Both the position numbers and the translations under genes were made by a program. A DNA stretch of 64,000 bases from an uncultured bacterium (GTDB lineage: Bacteria; Patescibacteriota; Minisyncoccia; Phycocordibacterales; UBA918): contig CBFGXL010000004.1 of assembly GCA_965652925.1 (NCBI GenBank), positions 358 through 64,357 of the forward strand. Reading direction: 5' to 3'. Under the pieces are notes generated by a model. That model was given only the letters and a program-made list of their open reading frames with translations, did not search any database and was not told the origin of the DNA. Shown piece by piece: positions 40,090-49,871 of this stretch (the stretch's first letter is position 1; each line of letters starts with the position of its first letter).

Positions 40090-40818
40090 ATGGCACGTCA
40101 TGTCAAAAACACCAAACGCAATCGCCACGGCACTGCGTTCTGGGATCAGGAATACACAAAGGCTGAGCACTTGGCGCTTTCAACGGATGCTAGTGACGAC
40201 CTGGAGAAATTCACCCGATGGCTACAGCGCCAGACGAAGCTATCAATCCTTAATCCGCTCTCGTCGGCGGTTGATTTCGGGTGCGGCAATGGGCGCAACC
40301 TTGTATATTTAGCGCGGAATTTCGGTATGCGCGGAGTCGGCTACGATTCTTCAGCCGCAGCGATCAAGGAGGCAGAACGTCTTTCACAGGGACTCAATCT
40401 TTCATATGAGGTGCGATCGATCGCTGGGACATTCGATCTTGCCGAAGAATCCCAGATGCTTGCCCTTGATATGATGAGTTCCCATTTCCTCAAGAAAGAT
40501 GAACGCGCGCTTTTGCGTGATGAAGCATATCGCATCTTGAAACCGGGCGGATACTTGTTCATGAAGACATTTCTGCGAGACAAAGACCTGCACACCAAGC
40601 GCCTGATTGCTGAGAATCCGGCTGAGGAAGAACATGCGTACATTCACCCAGTTATCGGCGTACAAGAATATGTCTATAGTGAGGAGGAGCTCGTTGCATT
40701 TCTTGAAGAGAAATTCATCGTGCACAAGACCTACCCTTCGCATAAACATGTATCCAGAGGCAAAGCACGGAAGCGGCGCACTATTGCCGTCTATGCACAG
40801 AAAGATCCCTACAAATAA
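40090..40818 (+). CDS. Class I SAM-dependent methyltransferase
   Basis: DFGCGNGRN, GYDSS, LKPGG. Confidence 0.88.
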   Translation: MARHVKNTKRNRHGTAFWDQEYTKAEHLALSTDASDDLEKFTRWLQRQTKLSILNPLSSAVDFGCGNGRNLVYLARNFGMRGVGYDSSAAAIKEAERLSQGLNLSYEVRSIAGTFDLAEESQMLALDMMSSHFLKKDERALLRDEAYRILKPGGYLFMKTFLRDKDLHTKRLIAENPAEEEHAYIHPVIGVQEYVYSEEELVAFLEEKFIVHKTYPSHKHVSRGKARKRRTIAVYAQKDPYK

Positions 40819-40856
40819 CAAAAAACACCCGGGCGAGCGCCCGGGTGTTTTTTGTG
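40817..40856. terminator. Bidirectional terminator
   Basis: ACAAAAAACACCCGGGC-GAGC-GCCCGGGTGTTTTTTGT. Confidence 0.85.
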
Positions 40857-40866
40857 TGTCTTAAGC

Positions 40867-41064
40867 TTACGCTCGAGATACATTTGCCGCAGCTGGTCCT
40901 TTAGGGCCATCTACAATCTCAAATGTTACAGCCTCTCCTTCCTTAAGGTCGTTGAACTCAACGCCGTTAAGATCCTTAGCGTGGAAGAATACATCCTTCT
41001 CGCCATTATCTGGAGTAATGAAACCGAAACCTCGGTCTGTAACACGTGCAATTTTACCTGTCAT
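40867..41064 (-). CDS. Cold-shock protein
   Basis: RGFGFI (RNP1), DVFFH (RNP2), GPKGPAAANV. Confidence 0.95.
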   Translation of the reverse strand: MTGKIARVTDRGFGFITPDNGEKDVFFHAKDLNGVEFNDLKEGEAVTFEIVDGPKGPAAANVSRA

Positions 41065-41345
41065 CTTTTTTTGTTTACTTATTATCACAAAACTTCGCTG
41101 TGCCTATGATCCACTTCTTTTTGAGAAAGATTCTCAAGAGGAGCTTTGCTTTGTTTGCCGCTATTAAAGCACATCTATAAATATATACAAGGGTTGCAGG
41201 CCTGTGTGCTACCCCATGTCCACACAGCCAGCCACTTGCTACCGATGAGCTTTGGGGGTATATTCAGAAAGTCGCCCACCCCATCGGGGATCGGGGCGAT
41301 TCGCACGCAGCCCCATGGCTGCTTTTCAGGAAAGGACTTTTCGAA

Positions 41346-41513
41346 ATGAAACGTTCCACCACGTCGTATGCCGGCCGTCTGACCGCGCTCATTACCGCCA
41401 ATGCGCAGAGCTTCGCCGGCTTCCAGGACCTCGACCGTGATCCGTCGACCGCCGCCGCTGCTGCCCCCAACGAGACCGGGCTGGCCATCGTTTCGGTGAA
41501 CACGGCGATCTGA
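41346..41513 (+). CDS. Small hypothetical protein (55 aa), absent from the ORF track
   Basis: Promoter TTGCTA-17-TATATT (41236-41264), SD-like AAAGGA, GC-rich codons, terminator at 41557-41597. Confidence 0.55.
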   Translation: MKRSTTSYAGRLTALITANAQSFAGFQDLDRDPSTAAAAAPNETGLAIVSVNTAI

Positions 41514-41600
41514 CCCGTCTACGCGCGCTGCACGCTATGCAGCATTCCATCCAACGCCGCCTGCGCTTGCATCAGCAAGCCAGGCGGTTTCTTTTTTATC

Positions 41601-42059
41601 TTAAGCAACAGTGACCCGCTCTATCTCTTGAGCTATCTTCTCAAGGATGATCAGCGGATGACGATAGTAATAATTGCCAACAATAGTCGCGCGCACCTTC
41701 TCTTTCCAACTATTTTGGAGTGCTGCAGCTATCCGGTTCTTCGTATCCGCAGGTGCAAACAAATAAATATGCTCGAATGATGGCGCAGACTTCAAACGCA
41801 CTTTAAGCTCTTTGATGAAATCACGGATGATATCCTCATCACGCAACTCAAGCACGCCACCGGTGACATTCCCACCACCTTTCCCTCGCACCCCGAACCT
41901 CCCCTCCTTGTCTGAATATCGAGGCCGGGGAATTTTAAAAGCATCAAGACGTTCGATGATACCATCAGAAGCACTGTAGAAAGCAGCGTCCTGTTTGCCT
42001 GCAACAATAATATATGCGGTGGTGCGTGAGAACTGGGGCAATTTTCGTGGAATTTTCAT
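41601..42059 (-). CDS. Host-attachment / baeRF-like protein
   Basis: YIIVAGKQDAAFY...YSDKEGRF...IYLFAP resembles this fold family. Confidence 0.55.
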   Translation of the reverse strand: MKIPRKLPQFSRTTAYIIVAGKQDAAFYSASDGIIERLDAFKIPRPRYSDKEGRFGVRGKGGGNVTGGVLELRDEDIIRDFIKELKVRLKSAPSFEHIYLFAPADTKNRIAAALQNSWKEKVRATIVGNYYYRHPLIILEKIAQEIERVTVA

Positions 42060-42071
42060 AGGTGCATATAT

Positions 42072-42275
42072 TTATTCGTTTAGAGATACCAGGGAGAGAA
42101 CCTCTTCTTCATGGGCATATGATTTTTTTGGCAGATTTTCCAATGCATGGATGACACCGTTGCTGCCTCCTTTATTCCGTGCGTAGGCAACGATTTCTTG
42201 CTGTGTTGTGGGGTACGGGATGCCGCTTATATAACTGCGCAGATGCGGAATGGAAAGTGTATCTTTTGCACTCAT
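42072..42275 (-). CDS. DUF2795 domain protein
   Basis: YISGIPYPTTQQEIVAYA...LENLPKKSY. Confidence 0.85.
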   Translation of the reverse strand: MSAKDTLSIPHLRSYISGIPYPTTQQEIVAYARNKGGSNGVIHALENLPKKSYAHEEEVLSLVSLNE

Positions 42276-42386
42276 ACAATATTCATTACGCTGATAAATG
42301 AGATGTACTCCGATAGTACTGTATTTTCATGAGTCTGAAGTGAAGACAAAAAAACCGGAGCGTGCTCCGGTTTTTTATGGTTGAGG

Positions 42387-43127
42387 TTAGAGTTCAAAGG
42401 TTGCGCGGACCGTCACCATCACTTCTTTGTTCAAGCTCTGCGTGTCATACATGCCATAGTCGCTGATATCAATTCCTCCCTGCGGCAAAACCTGCACAAC
42501 GCCGCTTGAAGCATTGCGCAAAACGCCGATCGAACGTCCTGACTCACTTGCAATTGCCTGCGCACGTGCCTTTGCATCCTTGATTGCCTCACTTAAGAGG
42601 GTCACCCTCATCTCATCGAGCTTGCTGTATGTGAGTTCAAGCGAGTAGGTAGAGACGTTGTAGTTTGCCCCTGTAAATGGCTCGATATTGTTGGCGAGCT
42701 CGCTGATCTTTGCCACATCGCTGCTGCGAACTATAACCTGTCTACTGACAGAATACCCGGTCATGGTCGGCTCTCCGTACTGTGGATACACGTAGTTAGG
42801 GTAGCTCGTTACTGCAGGAGTTTCGAAATCAGTGAATCCTTGTTCCGTCAAATACTCCGTTATTCTCCCCACAGCCTCTTCCAGGCGCGTGTAACCGGTC
42901 TGTTGATCCTGCACTCCAGTGCGCGTTTCAAGGTTAAGCACCCACCGTGCGGTGTCAGCAACTACCGCCTCACGCGCTGAGCCAGTTACTTCAACACTGT
43001 CGCGGGAAAGCTTTATGTCGTATGCAGTGTAAGCGGCAATACCGGCAATAATGATCCCGCCAACAACCAGGATGGTCGCTGCTGCAACCAGAGGGACTGA
43101 GTAGTCAAACAATTTTTTTGCATTCAT
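42387..43127 (-). CDS. SIMPL (DUF541) domain protein
   Basis: N-terminal TM helix, VEVTGSA, AIKDAKARAQAIA, VTVRATF. Confidence 0.88.
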   Translation of the reverse strand: MNAKKLFDYSVPLVAAATILVVGGIIIAGIAAYTAYDIKLSRDSVEVTGSAREAVVADTARWVLNLETRTGVQDQQTGYTRLEEAVGRITEYLTEQGFTDFETPAVTSYPNYVYPQYGEPTMTGYSVSRQVIVRSSDVAKISELANNIEPFTGANYNVSTYSLELTYSKLDEMRVTLLSEAIKDAKARAQAIASESGRSIGVLRNASSGVVQVLPQGGIDISDYGMYDTQSLNKEVMVTVRATFEL

Positions 43128-43265
43128 ATGCCTACAGTATATACCTCAGTTAGAGGAGTGAAAAATGTTTGACTTTTAAGCTGTATTTGCCATGATACGA
43201 GCCTCCCAATTGGACACTCGTCCTATGGGCGAGCTGTTCTTTTCACCGCTTTTCGGAGGTCTTGA

Positions 43266-44612
43266 ATGCGGCAAGCAATATATAGTGTCTGGAGTTTCAT
43301 TATCGAAAACTCCTTTCTTCTGGTTATCGGCGCGGCGGCGGCCCTCATCTGGGCCAATACCGACCCGAGTACCTACCATGCGCTCCAGGAGATGGTGCTC
43401 ATCGAGCACTTCTTCATCGGCCACGCGCATGTCAATGAAGCGGGCGAGACGATCCGCACACTGACACTGCACTACCTGGTCAATGACGTTCTCATGGCCC
43501 TCTTCTTTGCCCTTGCAGGCAAAGAGATATGGGAAGCTGTCGCGCTGAAGCCCGAGGATCACAACGGCATCAAGCGCGACAAGGGCGGACAACTGCGCGG
43601 CAAGACCGCGCTTACTCCGCTTATTGCAACCCTTGGCGGCATGGCTGGTCCCGCACTGGTATACCTCGGGGTCATCAGCATGCTTGGCCCTGACGGGTTT
43701 GCCACGCTCGTGCGCGGCACCGCGATCCCCACTGCAACCGACATTGCGTTCAGCTATTTCGTTGGCCGCATCGTGTTCGGGGCGAAGCACCCAGCAGTAA
43801 GCTTTCTGCTCTTGCTTGCAGTTGCAGATGATGCCGGCGGATTGATGATCCTCGCGATCTTCTATCCGTCCGCACAGATGCAGCCGATGTGGCTTCTGCT
43901 GTCGCTTGCGGTTGCTGTCGCTGCGGGTCTTTCCTGCAACTACCTACCGCGTGCACTTGATGCGAAAGACAACGGAGGCCGCTTCCGCTTCATGCGCACG
44001 GTATTGGGTCCATGGCCGTACGTCGTAGCCGGATGTATCTCCTGGTACGCTTTCCAGGAGAGCGGAATTCATCCTGCGCTTGGGCTTTTGCCGATCATTC
44101 CGGCGATTCCCCATGCCGACCACGACGCCGGCATCTTCGCTCAGGAGGAGCGCTCTGCACACGACCTTCTGAATGTCATGGAACACGCGATCAAGCTGCC
44201 AGTACAGTTCGTACTGTTTGCGTTTGCGTTTCTCAACGCCGGCATCACGATTACCATGCCTGGAGAGGCGACGTATCCGGTACTGCTCGGACTGCTCTTG
44301 GGCAAGCCGTTGGGAATCTTCCTCTTCGGCATGTTCGCAGCATACGTGCTTCGCCTAGACCTTCCTGAGAGCATGCGTCCTCGAGACCTCTGGGTATTGG
44401 GGTGGGTTGCCGGAATAGGCTTCACTGTCGCACTCTTCGTCTCGGTTGTTGCCTTTGCTCCTGGAGCAATCCAAGACCAGGCAAAGATGGGTGCGCTCTT
44501 GAGCATCCTCGCTGCTCTCCCCGCTGTCTTCTTCGGAATCGTCTTGCGAGTCAAGCAGTCTGTGAGAAGACCAGAGACCATGACCGAACAAGCAGAACGT
44601 GCCGTTGCGTAA
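43266..44612 (+). CDS. nhaA: Na+/H+ antiporter NhaA
   Basis: NDVLMALFF, IPTATDIAF, LAVADD, GKPLG, AGIGFT; SD GGAGG. Confidence 0.93.
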   Translation: MRQAIYSVWSFIIENSFLLVIGAAAALIWANTDPSTYHALQEMVLIEHFFIGHAHVNEAGETIRTLTLHYLVNDVLMALFFALAGKEIWEAVALKPEDHNGIKRDKGGQLRGKTALTPLIATLGGMAGPALVYLGVISMLGPDGFATLVRGTAIPTATDIAFSYFVGRIVFGAKHPAVSFLLLLAVADDAGGLMILAIFYPSAQMQPMWLLLSLAVAVAAGLSCNYLPRALDAKDNGGRFRFMRTVLGPWPYVVAGCISWYAFQESGIHPALGLLPIIPAIPHADHDAGIFAQEERSAHDLLNVMEHAIKLPVQFVLFAFAFLNAGITITMPGEATYPVLLGLLLGKPLGIFLFGMFAAYVLRLDLPESMRPRDLWVLGWVAGIGFTVALFVSVVAFAPGAIQDQAKMGALLSILAALPAVFFGIVLRVKQSVRRPETMTEQAERAVA

Positions 44613-44678
44613 GCAACGGCACCCACAAACAAATCGCCCGGCGTGCAAGCATGCCGGGCGTTTTTTCTTTTAATGTAG

Positions 44679-45608
44679 TTAAATACCAACAATAAACTCA
44701 ACAAGGACAAAGGTGATCCAAAAGACAATAAGCGAGAGTGCCTCCTTCTTCGTGACCATCTTTCCCGAGCGCATGAAGTTGAAAAGGATGAATGATGCAG
44801 CCACCATAAATACACCGCCGATATAGATGGTAGTCTTCGGAAAATCAAACGGATTGAGAAGCGCAATGAGACCAATGACGATGGTTGCGTCCGCGAGCAC
44901 CACTCCAAGCAAGTCGCCAACCGCAAGCGAATCGCTATGCTGTTTCACTGAGGTCACTGCAAAGAAAAGCTCTGGCATAGTGGTGCCGAGCGCCACAACG
45001 AGCAGGCCAATGAGCGCGGGACTAATACCCCAGGCCAAGCCAAGGGCTGAACCGGAGGAAACAATGAAATAAGATCCAGCAAGAAGAGCACCGAGCCCGA
45101 GGCACAACATGAGTATATTCATGAACCTATCTTTTTTGCGCAGTTCCAGTTCTTCGGAGCGCTCCTCGCTCTTAAGCGCCAGATAATAAAAGATGAATCC
45201 GAGCAGGATAAGCGCCGCACCTTCGAAGCGAGAGAAATGCCCATCAAGTCCGAGCACAATAGGAACAAGCAGAATGAGCGGGTAAAGCAAATGCTGTTTA
45301 AGTATCTTCTGTTCAACCCGAAGGCTTCTTCCTGTGAGCAATACTACAAGCGCAAAAATGAGGGTGAGGTCTGCAACATTGGACCCTAAAAGCATACCGA
45401 GCCCAAGTTCAGGGACGTCCCGCAAGGCGGCATTGATCGCTACAAATGTCTCCGGAAGAATTGAAATAACCGCAATAATGAGAAAGCCTACCGTGTATTT
45501 TGAAAGCCGAAGACCCTGTGCGATCCTTCCAGCATACTGTGTGGCAAGGGTAGCACCGCGTGCGATCATCAGAAGCGCAACAAGAAAGATAAAAAGATTC
45601 GTAAGCAT
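44679..45608 (-). CDS. Na+/Ca2+ antiporter (CaCA, YrbG-like)
   Basis: Two alpha repeats (SILPE...GSNVAD and GTTMPE...GDLLG). Confidence 0.88.
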   Translation of the reverse strand: MLTNLFIFLVALLMIARGATLATQYAGRIAQGLRLSKYTVGFLIIAVISILPETFVAINAALRDVPELGLGMLLGSNVADLTLIFALVVLLTGRSLRVEQKILKQHLLYPLILLVPIVLGLDGHFSRFEGAALILLGFIFYYLALKSEERSEELELRKKDRFMNILMLCLGLGALLAGSYFIVSSGSALGLAWGISPALIGLLVVALGTTMPELFFAVTSVKQHSDSLAVGDLLGVVLADATIVIGLIALLNPFDFPKTTIYIGGVFMVAASFILFNFMRSGKMVTKKEALSLIVFWITFVLVEFIVGI

Positions 45609-45684
45609 GACTTAAGTATAGTACATACGAGCGCAACACGTGCACAAACGAAAACAGCTGCACGCGTGCGTGCAGCTGCAGAAC

Positions 45685-46053
45685 TCATGGCCCAGCCCAG
45701 GGTGCCAATTGGAAGACAGGGTGTATCCAAGTGGGACAAGGGCCACGCGCGAAAAGGACTATTCCCTGCGATGGCTCACCGATGAGTCTCCGTGCCTCCT
45801 CCATGGACGTGCCGGTAGTAAGCACATCATCAACAATAAGTGTCTGGCCGTAACTCAGACAATGTTTCTGGAGTGCTGCAGCAAGCCGTAACCCGCCGCG
45901 GGGAACACCGTACACTTTCCCGAAGAGGTGTGTACGGCCGATGATGCCTGCGATGGTTTCTAGGTCCTGATCAGAGAGAGCGTCGCATTCTATCTTGAAA
46001 GAAAGACGCCCGCCTGCATGACCGACAAACGACTGATCTGCAAAGAGCGGCAA
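45685..46053 (-). CDS. Minimal type I phosphoribosyltransferase (orotate PRT-like)
   Basis: GVPRGG and IVDDVLTTGTS PRPP loop; TTG start preceded by AGGAGG. Confidence 0.75.
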   Translation of the reverse strand: MPLFADQSFVGHAGGRLSFKIECDALSDQDLETIAGIIGRTHLFGKVYGVPRGGLRLAAALQKHCLSYGQTLIVDDVLTTGTSMEEARRLIGEPSQGIVLFARGPCPTWIHPVFQLAPWAGP

Positions 46054-46107
46054 GAAAACCTCCTGTGAGAGAGCGTATACCTGGTCAATACTAGCACACT
46101 ATTCTCT

Positions 46108-47523
46108 TTAGTTGATTCCCGCTTCGGCATGCACTGGAGCATCACCTGCATCGAATTGCTTCAGTGTCTTACTGATCCAGATAAAGCCAATAAGCGACGC
46201 CACCACGTTCCCTGCAACAATCGCAAGCCACACACCCCATAGCGGCAAGGGGAAAACCTGCGTGAGCACATACGCAAGCGGAAGTGAGACAACCATAAAA
46301 CGGATGAAGAAGATCCAAAAGCCCGGCCAAGAGCGTCCGATCGCCTGAAAAGCGCTTGCCTCGATCATCGTGGCCGACATGAACGCATAGCTGAGGGCGA
46401 CAATCCAGATATACGAAAGTGAATACTCGGTCACGAGCGGGTCAGTAGTAAAGATACGAGTAATTGGCACAGCCAAGAGCATACAGAGCACACCAAATCC
46501 GGCAGATGCACCAGCACCATACAACAGTGACTTGTTGAATGCTTCACGTGCACGAGCAATGTTGCCCGCCCCGATGTTCTGCCCGATAAGTGACATCGCT
46601 CCAAACCCAAAACCAATTGCAGGCAAGAATGCGAAGAACTCGACACGTGAACCAATACTGAATGCAATGGTACCCGCCTCTTTAAACCCTAGCGCCACAA
46701 TGAACATAAGGGCGGCAACACCCAAGGGGTTGATCACTTGCGTCAGTGACGCAGGGATACCGATGTTCAACACTTTTTTGACTGATTCCCAAACCAAGGT
46801 GAGATTGCGGAAACTGAAGCGGACCATCATTGCGGGACTCGCAAGCTTGTGGAGCGCCATCACCAAGAAGACAGCCTGTGAGATGAGCGTTGCGTACGCT
46901 GCACCTTCGATACCGAGCGCCGGAAACCCGAGCCATCCGAAGATCATTATTGGATCAAGAACAGCATTCACTGCCGTCGAGACCGCAAAGAGTTTTGTGA
47001 GACTAAACGTGTCCCCTTGTGCGTTAAACGCAAAGTTCACCGTCATCATAAGGAACAAAAGCATTGAACCAGCAGCAGTGATGGTGAAGTATTGGACTGC
47101 CGGCTCAAAGATCGTCCCCGTTGCACCTGAAAGCACAAGAAGCTCATTCCGAAACATAAGCGCAATGATGGTAAAGCCCAACCCCACAAGCGCCGAGAGA
47201 AGAAACGACTGCCCCAAAACCCGCTCAGCCTCCTTTTTTTCCTTTGCCCCGATATGCATGGCCATAAGCACCCCGCTTCCTGCAGTGATACCCATACTCA
47301 AGGACACCATGATGAAGAGCGAGATCTGTGAGATGCTCACCGCGGCAATTGCGTCAGGCGAAAGCTTGCTCACCCAAAATGCATCGACGATGTTGTAGAG
47401 CGTATAAAAAAAGATCGAAAGCATGATCGGCCATGCAACCGACCACAGCTGTTTTCGTAAATTCCCTTGCGTAAGGTCGTGTCCAAAATGTTCCTGTTCT
47501 GTTTGCTGTGTTTCTTCATTCAT
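46108..47523 (-). CDS. MATE family efflux transporter
   Basis: 12 TM helices; YNIVDAFWV, NAVLDPIMIFG, GAAYAT. Confidence 0.92.
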   Translation of the reverse strand: MNEETQQTEQEHFGHDLTQGNLRKQLWSVAWPIMLSIFFYTLYNIVDAFWVSKLSPDAIAAVSISQISLFIMVSLSMGITAGSGVLMAMHIGAKEKKEAERVLGQSFLLSALVGLGFTIIALMFRNELLVLSGATGTIFEPAVQYFTITAAGSMLLFLMMTVNFAFNAQGDTFSLTKLFAVSTAVNAVLDPIMIFGWLGFPALGIEGAAYATLISQAVFLVMALHKLASPAMMVRFSFRNLTLVWESVKKVLNIGIPASLTQVINPLGVAALMFIVALGFKEAGTIAFSIGSRVEFFAFLPAIGFGFGAMSLIGQNIGAGNIARAREAFNKSLLYGAGASAGFGVLCMLLAVPITRIFTTDPLVTEYSLSYIWIVALSYAFMSATMIEASAFQAIGRSWPGFWIFFIRFMVVSLPLAYVLTQVFPLPLWGVWLAIVAGNVVASLIGFIWISKTLKQFDAGDAPVHAEAGIN

Positions 47524-47641
47524 ATGTACAGCAGGCTATCATATCGTCTCTTTCTCACCAATTGTTCATTCGGGATGAAAAAACTGCATACAAAAACAGG
47601 AAGCTTCCGCTTCCTGTTTTTGTATGTGACTTAAGAGTCAA

Positions 47642-48997
47642 CTATGCATCCGTGTCTGTCTCTTCCACCACAACCGATGCTCCTACCGAAGCGGTGTGTC
47701 CCTCCTCGTCAGTGACCGTAAACGTAGGGTAGTAGGTTCCCTCGTTATTGTAGGTATGCGTGAAGGTTGCAGATGCCTGTGTCATGCTGTCGTCTGACAT
47801 CATCAGTCTCGCCATTGAACTTTCACCCCAGTCTACTGAGTAGGTGAGGTTGCCGGAGGAATTGGTTGCTGCCTGAACAGTCCATGTTCCTTCTTCCCCC
47901 ACTTGAAGCTTCACTGGTGCGCTCACGCCTGAGATCGTAACCTTTCCATTGTCCACGATTTCTAGGTCAACAGCGTTGCTGGTACCGTCGTTGTCAGTAA
48001 CAGTCACTGCATAGGTTGCGAGTGTGAGATCCGGCGCTTCAAACGTGATCGACGTACTGCTTACGACGTCAACATTCAAAGCCGATGTTGTTCCTACAGC
48101 GACTGTACTGTCCTCATCAAACCCATGACCCGTGATGGTCACAGTAGCACCTGCTTCAACTGACAGCGGAGCAAGTGCAGTGATGTGTGGGACTTCATTG
48201 TCCTCACCATCGCCAACCACCACCGTGGTTGTTGATGAGACTTCATTGCCTTCCTCGTCCATCACCTTGAACTCAGGATAGTAGGTTCCCTCGTTTGTAT
48301 AGGTGTGGGTGAAGGTAGCAGAAGACTGAACGGTCTCATCGGCGCTGAAGAGTCGGAGCGGGCTCCAGCCTTCGTCTCCCCATTTCACGGAGTACTGAAG
48401 ATTGCTTTCTCCATCACTCTCAACATGTACACTCCAAGTTCCCTCTTCTCCCGTTTCAAGATTTGCTGGTCCATCAATTGCACTGATGAAAAGGGGCTCT
48501 TCCGGAGTGGTCGTCTCTTCGGTTACCTCAAACTGGACCGCATTGCTTGTTCTGAACCCGTCTTGAACTCGGACGTTATACTTACCCGGCTCTACATCGT
48601 AGGCTATTGCCGTACACATGCGCCACGGTGGACAGTATCGGCCCATTTCGTCGGGGATGACAAACGTGAGTGTTTCCCCATCGTCGGAGACAACCGGGTC
48701 GTGTATCGCTCCCTTGCCGAACCGGACGATGTTATCTTCATCGAACCGCATACCCGTAAGAGTAACCGTTGTACCGGTCGGACCTTCTTCAGGACTAATA
48801 TCTTCTATAACTGCTTTGGTGCCTCTCCAATAATCATTCCATGAGGCTCGGTCACGTTTCAGTTCCACATTCGCGGACTGTTCTACCTGTGCTGACGCAC
48901 GCGGTATCGCAGACTTGATTGAGTCAACAGTGCCGCCAAATGATGTCAATGCAAGCACTGATGCAAGCAGAGATGATGCTATATTCTCTAAGATCAT
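47642..48997 (-). CDS. Secreted/surface protein with IPT/TIG and PKD-like repeats
   Basis: Signal-like N-terminus; two TIG-PKD units (VTLTG/VTITG; WGD/WGE...ATFTHTY.NEGTYYP). Confidence 0.8.
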   Translation of the reverse strand: MILENIASSLLASVLALTSFGGTVDSIKSAIPRASAQVEQSANVELKRDRASWNDYWRGTKAVIEDISPEEGPTGTTVTLTGMRFDEDNIVRFGKGAIHDPVVSDDGETLTFVIPDEMGRYCPPWRMCTAIAYDVEPGKYNVRVQDGFRTSNAVQFEVTEETTTPEEPLFISAIDGPANLETGEEGTWSVHVESDGESNLQYSVKWGDEGWSPLRLFSADETVQSSATFTHTYTNEGTYYPEFKVMDEEGNEVSSTTTVVVGDGEDNEVPHITALAPLSVEAGATVTITGHGFDEDSTVAVGTTSALNVDVVSSTSITFEAPDLTLATYAVTVTDNDGTSNAVDLEIVDNGKVTISGVSAPVKLQVGEEGTWTVQAATNSSGNLTYSVDWGESSMARLMMSDDSMTQASATFTHTYNNEGTYYPTFTVTDEEGHTASVGASVVVEETDTDA

Positions 48998-49253
48998 AAT
49001 GTATTTTTTAGTTGTTAAGCTTGTAAGTTTAACTTCTAATCATGTCGACCTGCATTGAGTAGTGACGTATGGGGGCGATGACTCTTACTTCATGAAAAAC
49101 TCATAATAGCCATATTTTAAGCCCTAGAATAGATTTTTTACAGCCGAAAAAACTATGGTACTTGCGGATCCCTTTGCTCTTCCAAGGCACACTGCACACA
49201 GCAAAAATGCCTGCCGATACAGCAGCGGTTAGATCATCGTCTGGAGAGCAAGA

Positions 49254-49811
49254 TCAGCTTATAAGCTTGGCTGAGCGGCGCATGTTGAGATAGAGAGCAA
49301 TCAGAAGAGCAAACGTGATCGCAGACAAAAGCGGAAATGTCATAAACCCAAACTCATCTATCACCTTTGTGGCACAGTCAGCGGTACCGTCGGCAAGACA
49401 CGGCATGATCCCCGAAGTTGCAATTTCCTGAGGGATCATCTGGTATGCGTATTGATAGAGAGCAACACAAAGTCCGAACAGTGAAAGGGCAATACCGTAC
49501 AGCGGGAAATAAACTACATCTTTTATCTTCCATGCGATCACAGACATAAGTGCCTGCGGATATATAGCAATACGCTGCAGCCAGCACAGTGAACAAGGTA
49601 CAAATCCATAGTATTCAGAATACAAAAGCGATATCGCAACGCTCCCCGTTGTCAGAAGCATGACTGCAATTACTGCATATGGTGAAAACCACCGCTTGTA
49701 GTAGACACTTTTGAAAAGAAAATAGTCTACAAAAAGGAAAAGTGTGACTGGGATCAAAGCCAGTCCGCCAAGCGCAAAGAGGAAATTGAGGGTGTCGATC
49801 CAGAAATACAT
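49254..49811 (-). CDS. Disulfide bond formation protein DsbB/BdbC
   Basis: PCSLCWLQR and a second Cys pair; four TM helices. Confidence 0.88.
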   Translation of the reverse strand: MYFWIDTLNFLFALGGLALIPVTLFLFVDYFLFKSVYYKRWFSPYAVIAVMLLTTGSVAISLLYSEYYGFVPCSLCWLQRIAIYPQALMSVIAWKIKDVVYFPLYGIALSLFGLCVALYQYAYQMIPQEIATSGIMPCLADGTADCATKVIDEFGFMTFPLLSAITFALLIALYLNMRRSAKLIS

Positions 49812-49871
49812 AGCTTGTCTATTTACAAAAGCAGTATACCACGATGAGCCTTCACCTTACACGGCCAGTTT

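Noticed and set aside
47730-48320. DNA repeats inside the surface protein as a diversity-generating retroelement TR/VR pair
   Set aside because: Similarity is limited to the duplicated PKD-like domain, differences are not adenine-specific, and no reverse transcriptase is present in the window.
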